Source: Reyranella sp. | GTDB taxonomy: Bacteria > Pseudomonadota > Alphaproteobacteria > Reyranellales > Reyranellaceae | Reading direction: 5' to 3' | Assembly: GCA_021732965.1 (NCBI GenBank) | Contig: JAKFVZ010000270.1 | Coordinates: forward strand, 1 to 33,679 | DNA length: 33,679 bases | Shown: positions 26,331 through 33,679 of the stretch, piece after piece | How positions within the stretch are numbered: the first letter of the stretch is position 1 | Layout of the letters: every line of letters starts with the position of its first letter | Notes under the pieces: generated by a model | Databases searched by the model: none | Seen by the model: only the letters and a program-made list of their open reading frames with translations | Told to the model about the DNA's origin: nothing | Position numbers and translations under genes: made by a program

Positions 26331-28376
26331 TTAGCCGACAGATATCAGCAAATTGCCGAGCCTGTCCTGCCGGACCTTGTCGCCCGGTTCGACGACGGTG
26401 GTGCAGTCCAGTTGTTCGAGGATCGCGGGGCCCTGGAGCGTCTCGTCGAGCGGCAGTTTTTCGCGGGCGTAGACCGGCGTGTCGTGCCAGCCGTCGCTGA
26501 ACCAGACGCGGCGTGCGCCGAGTCTGGCGGCCGCGAGCGTGGGTGCGCGATCGGTCGCGGCCAGCGCACCCAGCGAGATCTCGGGGCGCACGCCGATCAC
26601 GGCGGTATGCAGGTTGACGAGGACCGGCGGAATCTCCGGCAATTCGATGCCGAAGCGGCGGAAGTAGGCGGCGGCAAAGGCCTTGTGCAGGCCAGCCACG
26701 CCGATCTCGGCGCTGTCGACGCCGACCGACAGGATGTGGCTCTGTCCCTGGAACTGCATGTCGGCCGACAGGACGCGCCGTAGCTCGCGCACCGGCACGC
26801 CCTCGCGCCCGATCGTGGCCTCGCCCTCGGCTGCCTGCTCGGCATAGATGCGCGCCACCGTGGCATCGTCGACCGCGGAGAGCGGCTTGTTGACGGTGCG
26901 CACATAGTCGTGGCGCAGGTCGGCCACGACGCAGCCCAGCGCATTGGTGATGCCGGGCCGCGCCGGCACCAGCACCGTCGGGATACCGAGTTCGCGGGCC
27001 AGCGCCGTCGCATGCAGCGGGCCCGCGCCGCCGAAGGCGAAGAGCGCGAAATCGCGCGGGTCGTGGCCGCGCGACAGCGACACCAGGCGCACCGCACCGG
27101 CCATGCGGTCGTTGGCGATGCGCAGCACGGCGGCGGCAGCCGCCTCGGCATCGAGGCCCAGTCGCTGGCCGACCTTCTCCAGCACCAGGCTGCGCACATG
27201 GTCGAGCGTCACAGGGTGGTCGACGCCTAGAAGCTTGTCGGGGTTGAGCCGACCCAGGACCAGGTTGGCATCGGTGATGGTGGGCTCGGCGCCGCCTCGG
27301 CCGTAGCAGATGGGACCGGGCCGCGCGCCCGCGCTTTCGGGTCCGACCCGCAGCATGCCCGCCGCATCGACCGAGGCGATCGAGCCGCCGCCCGCGCCGA
27401 TCGTGTGCACGTCGACCATCGGCACATGGATCGGCATCGCATATTCGAGTTCGAGCTCGCCCGAGACCTGGGGCACGGCATTCTCGATCAGGCCGACATC
27501 AGTCGAGGTGCCGCCCATGTCGTAGGTGATCAGGTTGGGATGGCCCGAGGCGCTACCGGTATAGGCCGCTGCCATCACGCCCGAGGCCGGGCCGGACATC
27601 ACCGTGTTCACCGCCGCCTCGGCGATGAGCTGCGAGGAAATCGTGCCGCCGTTGCCCTGCATCACCAGCAGGTCGCGGTCGTAGCCCTTGGCTTTCAGTT
27701 CGGTACGCAGGCGCGACAGATAGCGGTCGAGGACGGGCTGGACCGAGGCATTGACCGCCGCCGTCACGCCGCGCTCATACTCGCGATACTCCGACAGGAT
27801 GACATGGCCCGCGGTGACGTATTCGTTGGGCCACAGCCCGCGCACGATCTCGGTGGCACGCCGCTCGTGCGCCGGGTTGATGTAGCTGTGCAGGAAATGG
27901 ATGACGACGGCTTCGCAGCCCGCCGCCAGCAGCTTGCGCGCGGCGTCGGCCACGGCGGCCTCATCGAGCGCGGTCAGCACCTTGCCGTCGGCGTCCATCC
28001 GCTCCGGCACTTCGAGCCGCACCTCGCGGTCGATCATCGGCCGGAAGGTGCCGCGCAATCCGTAGGCTTGCGGCCGCGTGCGACGACCGAGTTCGAGTAC
28101 GTCGCGAAAACCCTTGGTCGTGATGAGCCCGACCTTGGCGATCTTTCGTTCGAGCAGCGCGTTCGTGGTCGTCGTCGTGCCGTGGACCACCGCCTGAAGC
28201 AGCGCCGGGTCGAGGCTGGCCGCCGCCAGCGCCGCCATGAAGCCGATCGCCTGGTTGTCGACGGTGGTGGGCACCTTGGCCAGCCTCACCTCGTTCGAGA
28301 CGGGATCGATCGCCAGCAGGTCGGTGAAGGTGCCGCCGACATCGATGCCGACGGTGAAGGTGCTTTTGGAAGCCAT
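26331..28376 (-). CDS. Hydantoinase/oxoprolinase family, ATP-binding A subunit
   Basis: GIDVGGTFTD, HGTT...NALLE, SGPASG, DMGGTSTD, IGAGGGS, PESAGA.PGP.CYG and FGGAG motifs; ATG 28376; 681 aa. Confidence 0.93.
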   Translation of the reverse strand: MASKSTFTVGIDVGGTFTDLLAIDPVSNEVRLAKVPTTVDNQAIGFMAALAAASLDPALLQAVVHGTTTTTNALLERKIAKVGLITTKGFRDVLELGRRTRPQAYGLRGTFRPMIDREVRLEVPERMDADGKVLTALDEAAVADAARKLLAAGCEAVVIHFLHSYINPAHERRATEIVRGLWPNEYVTAGHVILSEYREYERGVTAAVNASVQPVLDRYLSRLRTELKAKGYDRDLLVMQGNGGTISSQLIAEAAVNTVMSGPASGVMAAAYTGSASGHPNLITYDMGGTSTDVGLIENAVPQVSGELELEYAMPIHVPMVDVHTIGAGGGSIASVDAAGMLRVGPESAGARPGPICYGRGGAEPTITDANLVLGRLNPDKLLGVDHPVTLDHVRSLVLEKVGQRLGLDAEAAAAAVLRIANDRMAGAVRLVSLSRGHDPRDFALFAFGGAGPLHATALARELGIPTVLVPARPGITNALGCVVADLRHDYVRTVNKPLSAVDDATVARIYAEQAAEGEATIGREGVPVRELRRVLSADMQFQGQSHILSVGVDSAEIGVAGLHKAFAAAYFRRFGIELPEIPPVLVNLHTAVIGVRPEISLGALAATDRAPTLAAARLGARRVWFSDGWHDTPVYAREKLPLDETLQGPAILEQLDCTTVVEPGDKVRQDRLGNLLISVG

Positions 28377-28378
28377 GT

Positions 28379-29080
28379 TCAAACCGAAAGATATTGTTCG
28401 CGCAGGGAGTCGTTGGCCGCCAGCTCGGCCATCGAGCCGCCGAAGCGGATCTGGCCCTTCTCGATGATGTAGGCGCGGTCGGCGACACCCAGGGCGAAGT
28501 GGAGGTTCTGCTCGCACAGGATGACCGACACGCCCTCGCCCTTCAGTGCCCGGATGGAGTTGGCCATCTCCTCGACGATGATGGGTGCCAGCCCTTCGGA
28601 CGGCTCGTCGAGGAGCACGCAGCTCGGATTGCCCATCAGCGTGCGGGCGATGGTGAGCATCTGCTGCTCGCCGCCCGACATGCGCCCGCCCGGCCGCTCG
28701 CGCATGCGCGCGAGATTGGGGAACAGCTTGAACAGCTTCTCTTCCGTCCAGAGCGGCACGCCGGAACGCGCCGCCTGCCGGCCGACCTCGAGATTCTCCA
28801 TCACCGACAGTTCGGTGAAGATACGCCGCTCCTCCGGGACGTAGCCGAGGCCGAGACGCGCGATACGATAAGGCGGCAGGCGCTCGATGCGCTGACCGGC
28901 GAAGCTCACCTCGCCGCGGGCGGGCGGCACCAGGCCCATGATCGCCTTCATGGCCGTCGACTTGCCCGCACCATTGCGGCCCAGCAGCGCCACGACCTCG
29001 CCGGCATGCGCCTCCAGCGAGATGCCGTGCAGGATGTGCGCACGGCCATAGAAGGCATGCAGGTCCTTCACCCCGAGCAT
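28379..29080 (-). CDS. ABC transporter ATP-binding protein (LivF-like)
   Basis: GRNGAGKST, VPEERRIF, MSGGEQQML and LDEPSEGLAP motifs. Confidence 0.93.
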   Translation of the reverse strand: MLGVKDLHAFYGRAHILHGISLEAHAGEVVALLGRNGAGKSTAMKAIMGLVPPARGEVSFAGQRIERLPPYRIARLGLGYVPEERRIFTELSVMENLEVGRQAARSGVPLWTEEKLFKLFPNLARMRERPGGRMSGGEQQMLTIARTLMGNPSCVLLDEPSEGLAPIIVEEMANSIRALKGEGVSVILCEQNLHFALGVADRAYIIEKGQIRFGGSMAELAANDSLREQYLSV

Positions 29081-29829
29081 CAGTGGGCGCTCCCGAGATA
29101 GACCGCACGGACATCGGGATTGGCGCGCACTTCCTGCGGCGTGCCACCAGCGATCAGCACGCCGCGGTCGAGCACGATGATGCGATCGGCCTGGCTGAAC
29201 ACCACGTCCATGTCGTGCTCGGTGAACAGCACGGCGATATTGCGCGCCCGCGCCAGCCGCGCCGTCAGCTCCATCAGCGCGACCCTCTCCTTGGGCGCCA
29301 TGCCGGCGGTCGGCTCGTCCATCAGCAGCAGGCGCGGCTCGTTCGCCAGCGCGATCGCGAGTTCCACGCGCTTCAGGTCGCCATAGGCCAGCACGCCGCA
29401 GGTCCGCTCCGCCTGATCGAGCATGCCGACCTGGTCGAGCAGCGCGTCAGCCTGGGTAGCGAACGCGGCACCGAAGCGCGAGAGCAGCGAGCGCAGGCGG
29501 CCGGCATGCGAATAGAGCGCCATCTGCACGTTCTCGCGGACGCTGAGCGACGCGAAAGTGGCGGTGATCTGGAAGGTGCGGCCGACGCCCAGCCGCCAGA
29601 TGGCGCGCGGGCGCAGGCCGACGATGTCGCGGCCTTCGAGGCGCACGATGCCGGAGTCGGGTGCGAGCTGGCCGTTCAGCATGTTGAAGCAGGTGCTCTT
29701 GCCCGCGCCGTTCGGCCCGATCAGCGCCAGCATCTCGCCCGCCGAGACGGCAAACGAGACGTCGGCCACCGCCTGCACGCCGCCGAACGCCTTGTGCAGG
29801 CCATCGACCTGGAGGACGGGATGGCTCAT
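29080..29829 (-). CDS. ABC transporter ATP-binding protein (LivG-like)
   Basis: GPNGAGKST, RTFQ, LAYGD, MDEPTAG and EHDMD motifs. ATG 29829 overlaps the permease stop. Confidence 0.93.
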   Translation of the reverse strand: MSHPVLQVDGLHKAFGGVQAVADVSFAVSAGEMLALIGPNGAGKSTCFNMLNGQLAPDSGIVRLEGRDIVGLRPRAIWRLGVGRTFQITATFASLSVRENVQMALYSHAGRLRSLLSRFGAAFATQADALLDQVGMLDQAERTCGVLAYGDLKRVELAIALANEPRLLLMDEPTAGMAPKERVALMELTARLARARNIAVLFTEHDMDVVFSQADRIIVLDRGVLIAGGTPQEVRANPDVRAVYLGSAH

Positions 29830-31703
29830 GCCCGCTGCTCCCGCCAGCGCGTGACCAGCAACTTCAGGCCGCCGACAAGTCCTTGCGGAAAGAGCAGCAC
29901 GATCAGAAGGATCACACCGCCCATGACGGCGCGCCAGAACTCGGTGTTGCGTGCCACCACGTCGCGCAGCCAGGTGAAGATGGCCGCGCCGACGACCGGG
30001 CCGGTCAACGTCTCGACGCCGCCCAGCAGAACCATGATCAGCCCGTCGGTCGACTGCGCGATCGAGATGCTCGACGGCGAGATGCTGCCCTTGGAGAAGG
30101 CATAGACCGCGCCCGCGAGACCGGCCATCGCACCGACCAGCACGAAAGCCGCCCACTGGAAGCCGCGCAGGTCGATGCCGATCGCCTCGGCCCGCAGCGG
30201 CGAATCGCGGCCGGCGCGCAGGGCGTAGCCGAACGGCGAAAACAGCACGAGCCACAGGAACACGATGCCGGCGCCGCACAGGACAAGCGCCATGTAGTAG
30301 TAGACCGTCTTGTCGGCGAGCCACGCGGCGGGCCAGACGCCGAACACGCCGTTGCTGCCGCCGGTCACGGAATCCCACTGGAAGACGATCGACCAGCTGA
30401 TCTGCGCGAAGGCCAAGGTCAGCATGGCGAGATAGACACCCGACAGTCGCACGCAGAACCAGCCGTAGACGATGGCGAACAGGCCGGCGATCACGGGCGC
30501 CAGCAGAAGCGCTGCCTCCATCGGCAGGCCAAAGCGCTTCAGCAGCAGTCCGGCCGCATAGGCGCCGATGCCGAAATAGGCGGCGTGGCCGAACGAGACC
30601 ATGCCGGCCGGGCCCATGATGAAGTGAAGCGACACCGAGAAGAGCGCGAAGCAGACGATGTCGGTCAGCAGGATCGTGGCGTAGCGGTCGGCGACCAGCG
30701 GCACGATGGCCAGCAGCGCCAGCCAGACCAGCGCGAAGGTCCACGACGGGACCTGCAGCGGCGGCGCCGGCTCCGACGCGGCGCGCTGCGCGGCCTGCGG
30801 CTTGCCGAGCAATCCATAGGGCCGCACCACCAGCACCAGCGCCATGATCAGGAATTCGACCACCAGCGTGAGCTTGGAGAAGGAGATCTCGAAGCCGAAC
30901 CAGGTGACCGTGCCGATGCCGATGCAGAAGGCCTTGGCGACGCCGATGATGATGGCGGCGAGGAACGCACCGCCGATGCTGCCCAGCCCGCCCACGACCG
31001 TGACCACGAAAGCGTCGGCGATGATGGCGAGGTCGAGTTCGAGATTGGCCGGCTCGCGCGGGATCTGCAGCGCACCGCCCAGACCTGCCAGCACCGAACC
31101 CACGAAAAAGACAGAAGTGAAGAGCTTGGCCTGGTCGACGCCGAGCGCGCCGACCATCTCGCGATCCTGCGTCGCCGCCCGCACCAGCGCGCCCCAGCGC
31201 GTGCGCGTCAACAGCAGCCAGATCGCGCCCAGCACGACCGGCCCGATGGCGATCAGCAGCAGGTCGTAGGCCGGGATGCGGCGGCCCATGATCTCGACCG
31301 CCATCGTGAGACCCGGCGCGCGCGGACCGACCAGGTCCTCGGCACCCCAGGTGAAGAGCGCGATGTCCTTGATCACCAGAACGATCGCAAAGGTCGCCAG
31401 CAACTGGAACAGCTCCGGCGCGCGGTAGATGCGCCGCAGCACCAGCACCTCGATCAGGACACCGACCAGCCCGACCGCCAGCGCCGACAGCGCAACCGCC
31501 CCCCAGAAGCCCAGCGGCGTGCGGCCGAAGAACTCGATCAGCGAATAGGCGCCGTAGAGCCCCAGCATGTAGAGCGAACCGTGCGCGAAGTTCACGATCC
31601 GCGTGACGCCGAAGATCAGCGACAGGCCGGCCGACACCAGGAACAGCGACGCGGCCGCGGCCAGCCCGTTCAGGAGCTGGATGATGAATGAAGCGAGGGT
31701 CAC
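29826..31703 (-). CDS. Fused LivH-LivM ABC transporter permease (625 aa)
   Basis: N-half GLSLIFGVTRIVNFAHG; C-half GMVSFGHAAYFG and YLAMLTLAFAQ; one continuous frame with a Pro/Ala linker. Confidence 0.92.
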   Translation of the reverse strand: MTLASFIIQLLNGLAAAASLFLVSAGLSLIFGVTRIVNFAHGSLYMLGLYGAYSLIEFFGRTPLGFWGAVALSALAVGLVGVLIEVLVLRRIYRAPELFQLLATFAIVLVIKDIALFTWGAEDLVGPRAPGLTMAVEIMGRRIPAYDLLLIAIGPVVLGAIWLLLTRTRWGALVRAATQDREMVGALGVDQAKLFTSVFFVGSVLAGLGGALQIPREPANLELDLAIIADAFVVTVVGGLGSIGGAFLAAIIIGVAKAFCIGIGTVTWFGFEISFSKLTLVVEFLIMALVLVVRPYGLLGKPQAAQRAASEPAPPLQVPSWTFALVWLALLAIVPLVADRYATILLTDIVCFALFSVSLHFIMGPAGMVSFGHAAYFGIGAYAAGLLLKRFGLPMEAALLLAPVIAGLFAIVYGWFCVRLSGVYLAMLTLAFAQISWSIVFQWDSVTGGSNGVFGVWPAAWLADKTVYYYMALVLCGAGIVFLWLVLFSPFGYALRAGRDSPLRAEAIGIDLRGFQWAAFVLVGAMAGLAGAVYAFSKGSISPSSISIAQSTDGLIMVLLGGVETLTGPVVGAAIFTWLRDVVARNTEFWRAVMGGVILLIVLLFPQGLVGGLKLLVTRWREQRA

Positions 31704-31726
31704 GCGATGGCCGAGGAAGAAAAGGA

Positions 31727-31795
31727 TGTCATCCCGAGCACGGCGAGGGACCTTTCAGGACGCCTCAAAGGTCCCTCACTTCGTTCGGGATGACA
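31727..31795. repeat. Second-type palindromic element (TGTCATCCCGA...TCGGGATGACA)
   Basis: Perfect 11-bp outer arms (31727-31737 / 31785-31795) and 11-bp inner arms GAGGGACCTTT / AAAGGTCCCTC; between the SBP and permease genes; single copy in this window. Confidence 0.75.
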
Positions 31796-31804
31796 GCTTT
31801 ACCG

Positions 31805-33010
31805 TCAGTTCTTCGGCCGCATCTTCTGGACGTCGGCGTCGCTCGGCAGGGCGTCCTTGCCGTCGACGAAGCGCCAGTTCTTCATGTAGCCCTTGCCGTC
31901 CTTCACACCGATCTGGCCGACATAGGCGCCCATGGTCGACTGATGGTCGATCGCCCGGTACTCGACCATGCCGAACGGCGTGATCAGCGTGAGCCCCTTC
32001 ATGGCGGCGACCAGCTTCTCCTGGTCGAGCGAGCCCGCCTTCTTGATGGCTTCGGCGGCCGACATCACGGTCGCATAGCCCACCACGGAGCCGAGACGCG
32101 GATAGTCCTTGAACTTCGCCTGGTAGGCGTTGAGGAACTTGGTGTGCTCCGGCGTCTTGAGTTCGCTCCACGGATAGCCCGTGACGTACCAGCCGTCGGG
32201 CGACTCCTCCTTCAGGGGATCGAGATATTCCGGCTCACCGGCGAGGAGATTGAACACCTCGACGCCCTTGAACAGGCCGCGGGTCTGGCCCTCGCGCACG
32301 AACTTCGCGAGATCCGGACCGAACAGCGAGGAGAAGATCGCATCGGGCTTGGCGTCGGCCAGCGCCTGCGCGACCGCACCCGCGTCGATCTTGCCGAGCG
32401 GCGGCGCCTGCTCGGCGACGAACTCGACGTCGGGCTGCTTCTCCTTCAGGAGCTTCTTGAAGGCGGCCGTCGCCGACTGGCCGTATTCGTAGTTGGGATA
32501 GACGATCGCCCAGCGCTTCTTCTTGAGCTTGACCGCGTCGGGAATGAGCATCGCCGTCTGCATGTAGGTCGAGGTGCGCAGGCGGAACGTGTAGGCGTTG
32601 CCCTGGTCCCAGACGATCTTGTCGGTCAGCGGCTCGGCGGCGATGAACAGCACCTTGCGCTGCTTGGCGAAGTCGGCGACGGCGAGGCCGACGTTCGAGG
32701 GGAAGGTGCCGATCAGGAACGCGGCGCCCTCGCGGCTCAGCAGCTCCTCGGCGACGCGCACCGCATCGCCCGGATTGCCATTGTCGTCGCGGCTCACGAC
32801 CTCGATCTTGCGGCCGAGCACGCCACCCGCCGCGTTCACTTCCTCGACCGCCAGCTCGATGCCCTTCTTGTAGGGTTCGAGGAAGGCCGGGAAGACCTTG
32901 TAGCTGTTGAGTTCACCGATCTTGATCGGCGCCTGTGCCGCCGCCGGTCCGGCGAGTGCCAGTGCGACGAGCGCGGCCGTGCCGGCAAGCAAACGATTAC
33001 GGGTCAGCAT
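31805..33010 (-). CDS. Liv-type ABC transporter substrate-binding protein
   Basis: Signal peptide MLTRNRLLAGTAALVALALAGPAAA; PIKIG, EVNAAGGVLGRKIEVVSRDD, YTFR and PNYEYG motifs; GAGGGGG RBS. Confidence 0.92.
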   Translation of the reverse strand: MLTRNRLLAGTAALVALALAGPAAAQAPIKIGELNSYKVFPAFLEPYKKGIELAVEEVNAAGGVLGRKIEVVSRDDNGNPGDAVRVAEELLSREGAAFLIGTFPSNVGLAVADFAKQRKVLFIAAEPLTDKIVWDQGNAYTFRLRTSTYMQTAMLIPDAVKLKKKRWAIVYPNYEYGQSATAAFKKLLKEKQPDVEFVAEQAPPLGKIDAGAVAQALADAKPDAIFSSLFGPDLAKFVREGQTRGLFKGVEVFNLLAGEPEYLDPLKEESPDGWYVTGYPWSELKTPEHTKFLNAYQAKFKDYPRLGSVVGYATVMSAAEAIKKAGSLDQEKLVAAMKGLTLITPFGMVEYRAIDHQSTMGAYVGQIGVKDGKGYMKNWRFVDGKDALPSDADVQKMRPKN

Positions 33011-33085
33011 GACGTCCCCCTCTTCAAAAGTGACAGACTCCCTGTGAACCGACCCTAGCGAGGCCGGCCCCCACCTCACAAGCGC

Positions 33086-33466
33086 TCAGTCGGCAAAGCT
33101 CGACCGCGCCTGTATTCCCCAATGACCGTCCTGCCGGGTCACGATGTAGATCGTCTCGAACACGCCCAGCAGCGAATCGTCGGCGCGCCAGCGGCTGAAC
33201 TTCACCTTGAGATGGACCTTGTCGCGGCCGACATGGATCGGCGTGCGCTCGTCCCACTTGCTGTGATGCCAGCCGTCGCCGGCGCGGGCGACGAAATCGC
33301 CGAGCTTGTAATCGCCATGATCGGGCCAGACGACGACCTTGCCGCCCGCCAGCCGCACATGCGGGAAATTGCAGGCATTGTTGACCGCCGGCTCGTCGCC
33401 GCGATTGAGACCGTCGATATAGTCGTCCATCACCTTCATCGCGGCGGCGAGCGCATCTTCGTTCAT
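33086..33466 (-). CDS. Small NTF2/SnoaL-like protein
   Basis: 126 aa: N-terminal helix, FPHVRL, then strands KVHLKVKFSR...IYIVTRQDGHWGIQARS; ATGA-coupled to the upstream gene. Fold is inferred. Confidence 0.7.
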   Translation of the reverse strand: MNEDALAAAMKVMDDYIDGLNRGDEPAVNNACNFPHVRLAGGKVVVWPDHGDYKLGDFVARAGDGWHHSKWDERTPIHVGRDKVHLKVKFSRWRADDSLLGVFETIYIVTRQDGHWGIQARSSFAD

Positions 33467-33679
33467 CGTTGCCCGTCCCCCAGTTTGATCTCGGCCGGCG
33501 TCAGCCCGCCAACCCTCGCATGGGGGCGGCCACCGATCGAGGCGGCGACGATGAACACGATCTCGTCCGGCTTCGGCCCGTCGGGCACGCAGAACTCGAT
33601 GGCGTCGAAATGGCTGCGCACATAGGCGGCCGTCACGTGGTGCAGCGGAATGTCGATGCGCGCGCCCGCCGACGCGACC
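33463..33679 (-). CDS. C-terminal fragment of an amino acid synthesis family (AA_synth/DUF1185) protein (5' truncated)
   Basis: Manual translation VASAGARIDIPLHHVTAAYVRSHFDAIEFCVPDGPKPDEIVFIVAASIGGRPHARVGGLTPAEIKLGDGQR*, with RSHFD and GRPHARVGG motifs. Not in the ORF track. Confidence 0.82.
   Translation of the reverse strand, partial: VASAGARIDIPLHHVTAAYVRSHFDAIEFCVPDGPKPDEIVFIVAASIGGRPHARVGGLTPAEIKLGDGQR

Noticed and set aside
23981-31691. Long antisense or off-frame ORFs (839 aa, 602 aa) and the N-terminal extensions of the 938-aa and 554-aa ORFs
   Set aside because: Shadows of real genes. The true starts are 28376 and 29829, so there is no ABC-hydantoinase fusion.
33052-33081. Candidate internal promoter TTGTGA-N18-TAGGGT upstream of the SBP gene
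   Set aside because: Plausible, and it shares CGCTAGGGTC with the SDR leader, but it is too degenerate to call without start-site data.

Overview
High-GC alphaproteobacterial-type chromosomal segment, densely coding, with no rRNA/tRNA genes, CRISPR array, transposase, integrase or prophage gene visible. Left to right: the 3' end of a Liv-type ABC transporter operon; a translationally coupled minus-strand operon (SDR, DmpA/NylC-like peptidase, crcB, BaiN/YhiN flavoprotein); a CBS protein; queC and a VUT/YhhQ queuosine-precursor transporter split by a DUF4142 gene with an EcfG-type promoter; a DUF442 protein; a universal stress protein; a secreted TPR-like protein ending in a Kazal-type domain, divergent from an RND efflux pair; an SDR; a transglutaminase-like protein; rutA with a sigma54 promoter but no other rut genes, beside VOC, amidase, NadX-like and GMC genes; and a minus-strand catabolic operon (AA_synth-family protein, NTF2-like protein, Liv-type ABC system with fused permease, hydantoinase/oxoprolinase A subunit without an adjacent B subunit, two enolase-superfamily enzymes). 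Non-coding features are three copies of a ~110 bp REP-doublet palindrome, a second 69 bp palindrome type, and three junction hairpins whose 5' arm overlaps a predicted promoter and whose 3' arm covers the next gene's translation start. All family assignments come from motif recognition by eye; no database search was run.
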